Under the pieces are notes generated by a model that was given only the letters and a program-made list of their open reading frames with translations, ran no database searches and had not been told where the DNA came from. A DNA stretch of 64,000 nucleotides from Octopus bimaculoides (Eukaryota). Location of the stretch: the NCBI RefSeq assembly GCF_001194135.2, contig NC_068981.1, positions 20,115,443 to 20,179,442 of the forward strand, in the 5' to 3' direction. Below are positions 26,126 to 38,875 of this stretch, in pieces (position 1 is the stretch's first letter; each line of letters starts with the position of its first letter). Made by a program: the position numbers and the translations under genes.

Positions 26126-26509
26126 GGAGGCGCAATGGCCCAGTGTTTAGGGCAGTGGACTCATGGTCATAGGATCGCGGTTTCGATTCCCAGACTGGGC
26201 ATTGTGAGTGTTTATTGAGCGAAAACACCTAAAAGCTCCACGAGACTCTGGCAGGGGATGGTGGCGAACCCTGCTGTACTCTTTCACCACAACTTTCTCT
26301 CACTCTTACTTCCTGTTTCTGTTGTGCCTGTAATTTAAAGGGCCAGCCTTGTTACACTGTGTCATGCTGAATCTCCCCGAGAACTACGTTAAGGGTACAC
26401 GTGTCTGTGGAGTGCTCAGCCACTTGCACGTTAATTTCACGAGCAGGCTGTTCCGTTGATCGGTTCAACTGGAACCCTCGACATCGTAAGCGACGGAGTG
26501 CCAACAACA
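26126..26509 (+). mobile_element. tRNA-Arg-derived SINE (OR-like), full length, with TSD
   Basis: A-box-like tggcccagtg and B-box-like ggtttcgattccc, with a (CAA) tail. 13-bp TSD with 2 mismatches: TAAAGTCGCCAGT (26113-26125) and TAAAGTAGCCAAT (26510-26522). Closely similar to 36890-37272. Confidence 0.92.
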
Positions 26510-27679
26510 TAAAGTAGCCAATGATAGGAAGGTGTATCCAGTTGTGGAAATCAAGTCAAATGACACATCCAAGCACCACCCTATGAGAGTATTACTTGGC
26601 AGCTCTTACCCAATGCTTTTACTAATTGTTTTATGTATTTATGTTGTTGTGAGCAGGCATAGCTGCCTTCTTGGCCTTCCTATGTTTGATCCATCAGAAC
26701 AAAGAAGGTGTAACAACTGGAGAGAAAGGAATGGCTGCACTAGTATTAGGCTGATGTTCGTTTCCATCTGAATAGACTGGAACAGTGTGAAATGTGTCTT
26801 GCAAATCCAGGAATTGAACTCATGACTGTATGAACATGAGCCACCCTGACTATTAAGCCACAACATGCCTTCAATTATGTATGTATGTATGTGTGAACAC
26901 CTGACTTATCTACATATATTCTTTTTGAACCCTCAAATACAACAAAAATCAATTTTTTACATGCAGAATGTTGTGACCTAAATTTGATATATCTGTTTAC
27001 ACCTTTACTTCCACGCCTGACTCAGCCCTTAACAATAACAAAATTCCCACACCAAACCAAAATATACACCTTCCCCATAGGTTTCTATCAACTCATACCC
27101 TAAATACATTCTTTCCTTCTGTGCTCCTCTATCTTTTTACATACTCATTCCCTACACAACTACTTCTTCTGTCTACTAACACTGCACCTAATTATCACAC
27201 ACCCCAAAGATACAATTTACCAAAATCTATATAAAGCTGTAAAGGATCCAAGTAGAGCACAGTCTGATAAATGCAAGCAAACTGAAACTTTGAAGTCATT
27301 GTCAACCGCTTCCTTGTAAAAGTTAATAAATATGTATGCCACTAAAAAAAAATCTTGAATAATCCTTTGGTTTAATGTGAATTTGTTTTTTTATATATAA
27401 CTTGACAAATATACATATATATATATCAGACTTTTATTACAGGAGTTGTTTCCTCATTTTTGGATTTCTGTTACATCATGAATTTGATGTTTCAGCATTA
27501 TTCTTAAATTGCCATCTTATATTATAACACACATGCAATCTTTTGTTTCTTTGAGAAGTTAATGTCTTTTTGTTTGATATTTCAGAGTTCAATAATAGCT
27601 TATTTTTTGTGTGTGCGAATGAAGTTACCTTTTGCAACCTTTTTCTTTTTTCTTTTTTCTTTACAAAACTTCAACAATA

Positions 27680-28880
27680 GAATTCAAATGAGAAACAAAT
27701 AATTAATCTATCCTATATTTACTTAATAATTTTAACAATGATATTCCAGTTGCATAAGAATTTCAGCTTTATATGTCTTATCAAAGCAATTTCAAACCTT
27801 TAAAATTTATAGTAGATTTATATTTGTGTAGTTGTAGGAATCAAATAAGTTGAGAGTTTTGTTCCAAATGAAAGTGTTCTGTATTTACTGGATAATCAGA
27901 GAAATGAAGATCAGATCACTTTTAGAGATGAATAGAGATTTCGAAGAATGCTTATTTCTTTTGTCTTTTCTTGCCCAAAAGACATGGCATTTTATCAATA
28001 TATTGATAGTCCTCCATTACAAGCCATCTCACCTTTTTCAATATGAGACAAGGTTATTACGTGCTACGGTGTTTGTAACCATATCAGAAGACAAGCAGGC
28101 AGCTTGTGAATTATGTGGATTTACAAAGATCTCCATGAGGCTAAACATATTTGATTTCTATAACTACACAAATATAACTCTATTATAAATTTTAAAATTT
28201 ATACACCTGTAAGGTGCATTTTATTATTTTTAAGGTATCTTATTTTTAAATAAATAGAAGATGGATTAATTGTTGTTTGTCTGTCATTCAAATTCATTTT
28301 TTAAGTTTTACAAAGAAAATTGTTGGAAAACATGACAATTGTTTCTCATATGTTAATTTTAGCAACAATTAGCTCCATTCATATAAAGAAGTGAAAAACA
28401 AACATAGATGTACAGAAAGAAAGGATTTTCATTTTGGCTTAAAACAAAGTCATCATGCACAAAAGGGTGTGCAGCCATATTAGAACACAAGTCTACTTGT
28501 GGATAATAGAAAGCCACAGAGTTCTCCACAAGGCATAACTAGAATAGGCGAGACTATTGCTGTAATGGAAATCTATCAATACATTGATAAAACGCCATGC
28601 CTTTTAGGCAAAAGAAGAACAAGTAATATAAGTATTGTTCAGAATCTTTATTCTAAAACTGATTTGAGCTGATCTTCTGTTTCTATAAGTACTCTAGAAA
28701 TATAAGCAACACCTTCTGTTGGAATGGAATTTCAATTTATCTTATTTCTGTAACACAAATATAACTGTAATTTAATTTTGAAATAGCACTGACAAGACCA
28801 GTAAGGTTGAAATAAATATGCAACTGGAATGCTGTTTATATAGTTAATAAAAAAAAGACATATGAACTAATACTTGTTCC
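27680..28880. repeat. Cluster of three copies of an unclassified element, two in inverted orientation
   Basis: 27983-28009 is the reverse complement of 28573-28599 (25/27 identical). 27743-27756 is the exact reverse complement of 28817-28830. 28060-28145 matches 28450-28540 in direct orientation. Confidence 0.8.
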
Positions 28881-29114
28881 TTATTCATGTTTTATTTTTA
28901 AAGTATTATAACAAAATTGGAAGTTTCGAAAACTTATCTTTGTTCATAATGATAAAAAAAGAAATGTGGTTAGAAGTTAACTACATGGTTCCAGGTTTGG
29001 TACCACTGTGTGACATATTTGGCAGGTGTCTTCTACTATAGCCTTGACCCAACCAAAGCAATGTGAGTGGATTTGGTCAACAGAAACTGAAGAGGCCCTT
29101 TGCATATATATAGC

Positions 29115-29305
29115 TATCATCATCATCATTTAACATCCATTGTCCATGCTGGCATGGGTTGAACGATTTGACCAGGCCTGGCAAACTGGAAGCCTATACC
29201 AGACTCTAATCTGATTTGGCATGGTTTCTACAGTTGGATGCCCTTCCTAACACCAACCACTCTGAGAGTGTAATGGGTGCCTTTTATGTGCCATTAGCAC
29301 ATAAA
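29115..29305 (-). mobile_element. Family-C SINE-like retroposon (further minus-strand copies at about 29878-30070, 31572-31880 and 61740-61950)
   Basis: catcatcatttaacatcc...ggatgcccttcctaacaccaaccactct is the reverse complement of the 13786-14040 family. Confidence 0.85.
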
Positions 29306-30518
29306 AAGCTATGTATATATCTATTAAAACAAAGACTGGAAAGTTTGGTATATTTTTAATTCCATGTTACACATGTTTCATTACAGTATAGGAAATACAG
29401 TATGAACATTAATATTGATAATAATAATAACATTATATATATAATAAATTCATTACAAGTGTAGACATGTAGAAAACATGAATGGGATCTGCTATGTGTG
29501 GTTCCTCAGACAAATATTCAAAAAGAATATTATTTTTGAATTTTTGTCTGAAGAATTACACATAAAGGATTCCATACATGTTTTCTTTTATTATATTTAT
29601 AGGATCATCATTATCAATACTAAAATTCATATATCTCCTACACTAATGAAACATGTAACATGGAATCAAAAATATACCAAACTTCGCAGTTTTTGTTTTA
29701 ATTTATACTTATTCTGCAAATATAATTTACCAGAACTTTCAACTGGTATGTACGCCTCATTTAAGCATTTATATACATACTTTTGACTACTGGAACATGC
29801 AGATGTTTCATGAGGACACAACTTCATACACTATGTGCATATCTATAGACTATGTGCATATCTATGTATGTATGTCTTTGTCCATGCTGGCATGGGTTGG
29901 ACGGTTTAACCAGGGCTGGCAAGCTGGAAGGCTGCACCTGACCCCAGTCTGATTTGGCATGGTTTGGCTGGATGCCCTTCGTAACACCAACCACTCTGAG
30001 AGAGTAATGGGTGCTTTTACATGCCAACGTCACAGGTGCTGTTTGCGTGCCACTGGTATCAGCCACAACTTGGTAATATATGGTAATAGTGTGGTTTATT
30101 CTCTGTCAGTCTTGATATTGAGCATTCAGTAGTCTTGTGTGTGCACACACATGCATAACATACAACCTGGTTCCAGAAATCAATACAGCCCTAAAACAGT
30201 CATTGATATAAAAGTACTGCATTGAGACCATTCATAATTTATGATTACAACTGGAAACAGGCCCTGTAACAAAAATTTTCAATGGATACACTAAGCCTAA
30301 AACATCAATTCAACCTTTCATTTTAGTTTAACAGTGGAACTTAACTGGCTGAACTTTAACCCTTTAACCTTTAATCAATGTGTGTGCTATAATTTAAAAT
30401 GCTTCTGTAAGAGCAATACTAATTTACTACAAAATTAATCACCCCATTTTGCAAATAATGAAATTGATACTGTCTTCTCATCCATCAACCTGGTGGTAAA
30501 AAAATTATCATCATCACC

Positions 30519-30525
30519 ATTATTA

Positions 30526-30587
<62 letters not shown>

Positions 30588-30594
30588 TTTATTA

Positions 30595-30646
<52 letters not shown>

Positions 30647-30677
30647 AATAATAATCAACAACAACAACAACAACAAC

Positions 30678-30713
<36 letters not shown>

Positions 30714-30740
30714 TATAATAATAATAATGATAATGATAAT
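30519..30740. repeat. (ATT)n tract directly followed by (AAC/AAT)n tract
   Basis: Trinucleotide microsatellites of complementary sequence, adjacent to each other. Confidence 0.97.
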
Positions 30741-31121
30741 GGCTTCTGAATCAGACACAAGGTCAACAGTTTATTAAAGGAGGGAGTTAGTTATGTTGAT
30801 CCCAACATCTGACGAGTATTTTGTTTTATCAGCTCTGCAGGGACAAAAGATGAGATTAGTTGATACCATTGACCCCAATACTTGACCTGTACTTTATATT
30901 ATCAATCCCAAAAGGATGAAAGCAAAAGCAGATGTCAACAGAATGCAATGCTTTATTCTGAGTTCAAATTCTCCTGAGGTCAATTCTGCATCCCTGTTCT
31001 TTCTGGGCCTTTCTGGGCCAAGTTGAGCACTGGGGTTGAAGTAATCCACTAGTCCCCCCCACTAACATTTAAGGCCTTGCAACTATAGTAGAAAGGATTA
31101 TTATTATTTTTATCATCATCC

Positions 31122-31177
<56 letters not shown>

Positions 31178-33188
31178 TTCATCATCATTACACTAGTTAA
31201 TTTAGTTAGCAGGTACTTTATCTTGAGGTTTGGTGACAACAAATTTCAAATTATAAGAATATTCCTTAGGAATCTTGCAGAATAAAGTATGGTACTTTTC
31301 TGTTGGTTGACATTGCAAGTTTCAAATCCACCTCTACCACCACCACCACTCTCATCATCATTACCATCATCATCATCATCATCATCATCATTATTACCCA
31401 GGCCTTGTGCTTAGAGTAGAAAGGACTGGCAGAATCATTCTCATGCCTCTTTTGGGGCATCTTGCCTCTTTTGGGATATTTTGCCTCAAATGTTATTTCC
31501 ACCTAAGTGTGGCACTAGTATAGAAAGCAATGAATGATGGAATAAACTATAGACACACACACACACACACATCATCATCATCATCATCATCATTTAACGT
31601 CAATATTCCATGCTAGTTTAGGTGGGACGGTACCACAAGAGCCGACCAGGCCAAAGCCTGCACCAGACTTCTGTGACTCATCACTTTATATCCACTCTCC
31701 ATGTTAATTTGGGTTGGATATTTCGACCAGATGCTGCGAGTCAGAAGGCCACATTTTACTGCAGTATTACAGTTTTTGCCTGATTTTGACAGTTGGATGC
31801 CTTTTCTAATACCAACCACTCTACAGAGTGTAGTGGGTGTTTTTGTGTGGCACCAGCACTAATGAAGTTACCCTGTAACTTGCAAGACTGAAGAGCTCAC
31901 TTGAATGGAGGAGGAGGATAAAGAGGATATCAAATCTGTATAGGTGAACAAGAGTAGGAGTAGTCAATGAGTGAGGTATGATGAGAATGAGGGATGAATG
32001 GATGCTGGTTGGGAGTTGTACAGCTGAGAGGGAGTGGTGGCTAGCAATATATTGATAGAATATTGTAGGTTATTATAGTAACAGTTTTTGCTTTCACTTC
32101 TCAGTTGTGTGCATAATGTGTATATGCATCATGCTTTGAGAACTTCAGTCAAAACATGCTAGCATAATGGGTGTATGCATACCTATATACATTTGTGTGT
32201 ATAGTTATATATAAACAGACGCACACATAATCTTGAATAGATACATATATTTATGTACATAAATATATGTGCATACATATATGTATGCGCACACACACAT
32301 AAACATGCACGTGTGTATTTATATTTACTTTTTGTTCATATAATCCATCTTATTCCAATATTTCCAAATTTTCTAGGATTTTTTTGTTTTTTTGTGTAAG
32401 AATATTATAGGCAGATAATTTTGTGTTGCATACATTGTATATATCATGTAGACACATAACAGCGTGTGTGTATGTGTGTGTACATGCATATTTTAATGTG
32501 CACATGTGTATGTGTATGTTTATGAGTTTTTGTAAGTTCACACAAGAAATTACTGAAACACAAATATTCAAATGCTTTTATTTATTAAGGAAAATATCTC
32601 TGAATTTATTTTTTGAAAGGGATGTTATTTTCTCATCATCAGTGCTACTGAGCATCAGATCTGACAATTGGAACAAAAGAAATCTTAAATATATCATTGA
32701 TAATTCAATATTTTGAATTTTACATGAATTTGAATTGTGTGTATGAGAGCAAGAGAGAGAGAAAGAGATGAATAAGGAAAATAAGAAAAAAAAGAAGTTT
32801 TAATATAATGACTAGAACATTTCATATAAAAGCAAGCAGATCGAATTTCTGGGATTTAAATAGTGAAGGAAATGAAATTTAAGAAAATATAACAATATTG
32901 AGTTTAGCAAATGGAATTTTCTAACGAGTTTTCTATAGATTTCCTGCAAACACAGTGTCTAATTGGAGCTGATTATATTGCAAAGGGAAGAATTTAGTAG
33001 ATATCTAATCATAATTGGCAAAATGAACCATGCCATTCCTGGGGCTTTATAAACAAATCATCCTATGGCATTTTACTCTCAGATTTCTTCCTCACATTTT
33101 CTGGTTGGTGGCTACGATTATTCACACAATTCATGCATGCAAATATGTGAATGTATGTATTTCTGAGTGTATGTGTGTGGTCTTTTGT

Positions 33189-33226
<38 letters not shown>

Positions 33227-34225
33227 ACATGTAGGTATACAAACATAATTACACATATGCACACATGCTCACACAAATGGAAACATTGTCATAACCAGGC
33301 TCATAATGACATATACACACATGCATATACGCACTGTTTCTTATTTTTGAATGACACCCACATACACCCACCCTATCACACGTGAATACTTAATCTTTGT
33401 TTCTTAATGTCACCCACCCATACATGCACATACAGTCTCTCTGCACCCTCCCTCCCTCATCCCCCCTCTCTCTCTTTTCTCTACCTTTACATGTAATCAC
33501 ATACACTGTCATGTATACACATATAACTCTGTTATCAAAACATGCAATTACACACATTGTAGACTGATAGTAAGTTAACAGTGAACCAAGTCTCTGACAA
33601 AGGTTCAGTTCACATCTGCACTATTTCATTTCGTTCACTCATCGTGCCTACATGCAGTAGGCTAGAGAGGGATGATCTCCACCACACTATCTTACCCTCT
33701 ACTCAGTAAAAATAATACAATTGTGTTCCAATGACCTATTAATGAGAAGAAAAATTTTTTATAAACATGCTTATACACACAAATCAAATATATACGCACA
33801 CATGCATGAGCACATATACACATGCACAAATTACCCCTACAAGCATGCATATACACACCATACAAATACATCAGGGTGCTTCTACATAGCTACTCAGCTT
33901 GCCAGAGATGACTGCAAAATCTCCCTCAAATATCTCATGCACAACCATCTTTAAAAGATGTGTTGTGTTGAATAATGTAACATGATACATTTGAAAATAA
34001 AGGAGAAGCAGGACTAGAATATCTTCAGACCTGGGGGATGATCTGAGGCTAAACAACAACAACAACAACACAACACATCATCATAGCGACGAGGATGATA
34101 TAGTGGTGGAGGTAGTGGTGGTGGTTGTGTAGTAGTAATGATGATGATGACAATAGTGACAAATTTAGGTGTAGATAAAGTCAATGAATTCAACCCTAGT
34201 ATTTTAATAAACTGTATTACAGGCA

Positions 34226-34636
34226 TTACTCTTTTACTCTTTTACTTGTTTCACTCATTTGACTGTGGTCATGCTGGAGCACCGCCTTTAGTCGAGCAAA
34301 TCGACCCCAGGACTTATTCTTTGTAAGCCTAGTACTTATTCTATCAGTCTATTTTGCCGAACCGCTAAGTTACGGGGACATAAACACACCAGCATCTGTT
34401 GTCAAGCGATGTTGGGGGGACAAACATAGACACACACACACACACACACATATAAATACATATACATATATACGATGGGCTTCTTTCAGTTTCCGTCTAC
34501 CAAATCCACTCACAAGGCTTTGGTCGGCCCGAGGCTATAGTAGAAGACACTTCCCCAAGGTGCCACGCAGTGGGATTGAACCCGGAACGATGTGGTTGGA
34601 AAGCAAGCTACTTACCACACAGCCACTCCTACACCT
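34226..34636 (-). mobile_element. Family-A CORE-like SINE, full length
   Basis: Colinear with 21725-22184 and the reverse complement of 46099-46591. Confidence 0.92.
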
Positions 34637-35856
34637 GTGTACGCCTCCTACGCATTGGGTACTTTTTCTCTCATTAGTTAAACCAAATGGACAAACACAG
34701 GTACAAATTATCCAGGTGTATGTGTGTGTGTAAATACTGTGAATATTTGAAGAAATATATATATATATATATATATACGTAAATGAACTAAAACCAAAAC
34801 AATGCATGTTATAAAAATTAATTATACAGGTTGATGGTTAGCATTGTTATTGAATATTTCGTTATTTCAGAATTAATATTCCCTCTTGAGGAAATTTGTG
34901 GAGAAAAGGTGTCTCTGCTTTGTAGTGTGTGTGTACATTTATATATATATATGAGACAATACTTCATAGAAAACTATATTACTATGTAACATGTTTATAT
35001 AAATATGTATATAGGTGTATATATATATGTATGTGTTTGTGTGTGTGTGTATATATATATGTATGTGTGTGTATATATATGCATGTCTGTGTGTGTGAGA
35101 GTGTGTGTACATATGTGTGTGTATGTATATATATATGAAATAGTGAAATGACTGAAATCAGTGGAAAAGTATAGATTCCAGAGGTATAATTCCAAGCATT
35201 ACTGTTTTGTATTGTATTGTATGCAAGGAAAGCAAAGCAATATGTGACCACATGATTTAGGCCTGAAGTATTTCCACTTATTGTAATTATCAATAATTTG
35301 TTTACCAAGCATGTTTGTGTTTTTGATCAATGATTTTTGTTAAAGATTGATGATTTGTGATAGCTCTCAGTTTTGTTTAATAGCAACAGACATTTACAAC
35401 TCCAACTATCTACTCAAATCTACCAAAGTCTTGTCGCAAATGACAAGCTAATTTGTAATATTCACTAGTTAATCAAACTGTTAAAAGAGAGATTCTTAAT
35501 TAGGCCAGCACGTCTGCTGTAAGTAGAACTTATCAATAAATAGTGAAGTGTCATGTTTCTGCAATTTCCTAATCTTCTTAAAAGTTTCATATTAACACTC
35601 TTGTATAATAACACTTACCATTGATACTACTTAATCACCATTCCAAGAGAAATTTTCTTTTCTTTTGACACATGACACAACATGCTAATGGTGATAATGC
35701 TTATGTTCAATTCAAGTGGAAGTCTTCTTGTATTTTTCCTTCTAGTATTCAGAATTATTTTCCCTCCATTCAAAAGTTGATGGCATATTTTACTTGGCAT
35801 CCGTGCAAGTTTTACTGCTACACAAAGTAATTAATGGTTTTACATTTTCATTTTGT

Positions 35857-35915
<59 letters not shown>

Positions 35916-36072
35916 TGCTTGCATATACTTTTATAATTATATGCATTTATTCATATGTATATAAATACACACATTTATATATACATATATATAAACATGT
36001 GAATGTATGTATGTAAATGCATATGGCTGATAGTTAGCAAGGTGAGACACACATAAGAAAGAAGGAAACAAA

Positions 36073-36117
36073 GGACCACTGATGAGGTCACAGAAGTGTG
36101 ACGAAAGAACTCTGGCC
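36073..36117 (+). ncRNA. Candidate minimal type-I hammerhead ribozyme
   Basis: Core CTGATGA at 36079-36085. Stem II GTCACA/TGTGAC with a GAAG loop (36087-36102). GAAA at 36103-36106. Stem III is 2 bp (AG/CT). CUC cleavage triplet at 36110-36112. Stem I is GG(A)CCA/TGGCC. Folded by hand; activity untested. Confidence 0.6.
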
Positions 36118-36237
36118 GAAATAAGATTAAGATTAAGATTAATGTAATATAAAGCTGAAAAAAAAAAAAAAATTAACACCAAATATACAGTGCGTGTGTT
36201 TTTATTGGCTAAACTGGCAATATGACCATCCCCAAGT

Positions 36238-36294
<57 letters not shown>

Positions 36295-36889
36295 GTAGGT
36301 GCAGGAGGTGGTCAAACTCTGTTTAAGGAGAAGACAACCACCATATATATATATATTCATTCATATACATATGCACATATTTGTGCTTATATATTCCTAC
36401 ATACATACATACTTACGTACATACATGCATGCATGTATATGGATATATGCCATATATAATATGTCAAGACACTAAAGAGAAGAAAAAGAATCCATAGCAT
36501 TCAAACAGTTCCTGGATGAATATCTCCCACAAATTCTAGATAAACCACCTACACCCAGGCATATCTCCACAAACAATTACTCTTTATTCGAATAGGCTAT
36601 GGTTCCCAAAGAATGACTGGCCAATTCTGACAAAAATTCATCTAAGTATATGTGTGTGAGAGAAAGAGAGAGATTAATCAGAGTATACAGTATTATAGAT
36701 TTATTTCGGTCTATCTTACCTACTGATTTTTCCCTGAGTATTCTATAATGCTGTATACTTTGATTATTATACCAACTCCATTGACAAATATATGAGTCGA
36801 TACTTTTTCTGACTTATGGATTCTTAGGCTTCAGTATGTATATATATATGTGTGTGTGTGTTTTTATATATATGTATATCATTACTAAG

Positions 36890-37272
36890 GGAGGCGCAAT
36901 GACCCAGTGGTTAGGGCAGCGGACTCGCGGTCATAGGATCGCGGTTTCGATTCCCAGACCGGGCATTGTGAGTGTTTATTGAGCGAAAACACCTAAAGCT
37001 CCACGAGGCTCCGGCAGGGGATGGTGGCAAATCTTGCTGTACTCTTTCACCACAACTTTCTCTCACTCTTACTTCCTGTTTCTGTTGTGCCTGTAATTTA
37101 AAGGGCCAGCCTTGTCACACTGTGTCACGCTGAATCTCCCCGAGAACTACATTAAGGGTACACGTATCTGTGGAGTGCTCAGCCACTTGCACATTAATTT
37201 CACGAGCAGGCTGTTCCGTTGATTGGATCAACTGGAACCCTCGACGTCGTAAGCGACGGAGTGCCAACAACA
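36890..37272 (+). mobile_element. tRNA-Arg-derived SINE (OR-like), full length
   Basis: ggaggcgcaatgacccagtggttagggcagcggactcgcggtc...ggtttcgattccc head with a TCG anticodon-like loop. The body is colinear with 26126-26509 and ends in a (CAA) tail. Possible degenerate TSD atcattacta / ataattacca. Confidence 0.92.
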
Positions 37273-38489
37273 ATAATTACCATCATCATCATTCTAATAT
37301 GCACCCCTGTGTGTGATATTGTTGAGAAGAAAATGAAAGGACTATCAAATGTAATGTAGTTTAAAAGAGTGTGGCAAACATCATCATTATTGTCATCTTC
37401 ATTATCTATCTCCTTTTCTTTTGCATCATCCTGAACAATTTAAATTTTTCTTTAATTCAATTTCTCCCTCTAGTCTTGGCTTTGATAGAACTGCCATCTG
37501 CCATACTGCCTCTCATCATTAAACCATCCCTTGCTGGTTCACCTGTATTCGTACCTAACATTCTGAGATTTAATTTAATTCCTTCCCTTGTTTAATTTAT
37601 ATCATAAATATTGAAGCTATGTTGAGCATAAAAATATAAATTATTTAATATCATAATTATTTTATCCAGTACATCATAAGCAGACATGTACATGACAATG
37701 CAAAAGTAGTGTGTATGTGTGTGTGTGTGTGCGTGTATGAATATGTATGTGTTATTACAGACAGAAATGCACATGATAGTGTTAATGTATAAATTACGTA
37801 ATCAGAAGAGACATTAATGAAAAAAAAAAAAAAAGAAATGGAAACTAATTGCGGAACAGTTAATTACTCTGTGAAGCAGTGAAAACATTCACATGGATAT
37901 CAATAAAACTATGAGAAAAGTTGTTGTTATCATCATCATCATCATTGAACAAAGACATTCCAGCACATCTTTGATTATCCTGTCTTTCTGCAGAAAGACA
38001 GGATGACTAAAGTTTGCAATGTGACCTTACTTTTTTAAGACAGTATTGTGAGATTCAAGAGATATTTGGCTATTATTTCTTGCAAGACAATCTAAGTTGT
38101 AGATGCTCTTTCATTGGCACATTCTTGTCTTTGTTGTTTTGAGTAGTGTTTGCCATTGCTTCCTGTGAAGATATACTAGAAATTGCAACCAAATGTCCAT
38201 CATATTAGACCTTGCTATCTTTAAAATTGGAAGAAACATTTGGATAATATAGTGCTGGACACACAAAAAATCCGGCATAGTGATGATGGCTAGAATGTTT
38301 CTGATAAGTGTCTGTTTACAGCTGATTGAACCAAGTTTTAAATTGACATTCAATATCTAGTCTTCATCATGCTATTTTATTGTGTGGAAGCTAGGCACTG
38401 ATTATTCAAAAGTCATGGTGGTTAATATTCCAAAGTCAGTAGAGTAGACAGTGGAATCTATTGAAGAGAATTTGCACGGTTGATATGGC

Positions 38490-38875
38490 ACAGGGATGGC
38501 TCTGTGGTTAAGAAGCTTACTTCTCAACCATGTGGTCTTAGGTTAGTGTCAGTGTGCAGCACCTCAGGCAAGTGTCTTCTGACCAAAGCCTTGTGAGTAG
38601 ATTTGGTAGATGGAAACTGAAAGAAGCTTCCCTCTTTGTGTGTGTACCCTTGTCTAGAGATTATGTGACGGTTGTAAATGAACATCATTATCATACGAGC
38701 AAGGTTGTTTGTTTCTAGTCTTCCATGAAAAACGTCTAGCTTTGAGAAAATATTACCCGACTATGAAACAAGTGAGAGTTGATGACAAGAAGGGCATTTG
38801 TTGAGGTAGAAAAATCTGTCTCAACAAATTCCATCTGATCTATGCAAACATGGAAAATCATAATGATGATGTATA
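38490..38875 (+). mobile_element. SINE with family-A head and RTE-like (GAT)n tail (similar copies at about 50745-51092 and 57170-57600)
   Basis: The A-type head (ggcaagtgtcttct...gtagatggaaactgaaagaagc) is joined to gaagggcatt...catggaaaat...aatgatgat. Confidence 0.7.

Noticed and set aside
26126-26200. tRNA-like sequence (also 36890-36962 and the family A/B heads)
   Set aside because: These are SINE heads: there is no proper acceptor stem and they continue into several hundred bp of SINE body.
30435-30758. Poly-Ile/poly-Asn ORFs (and poly-Met ORFs at 14052 and 31266)
   Set aside because: They are translations of trinucleotide microsatellites and retroposon tails.
38100-38480. Possible very old transposase or RT remnant
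   Set aside because: Faint motif resemblance in several frames, but no convincing catalytic motif; needs an HMM search.
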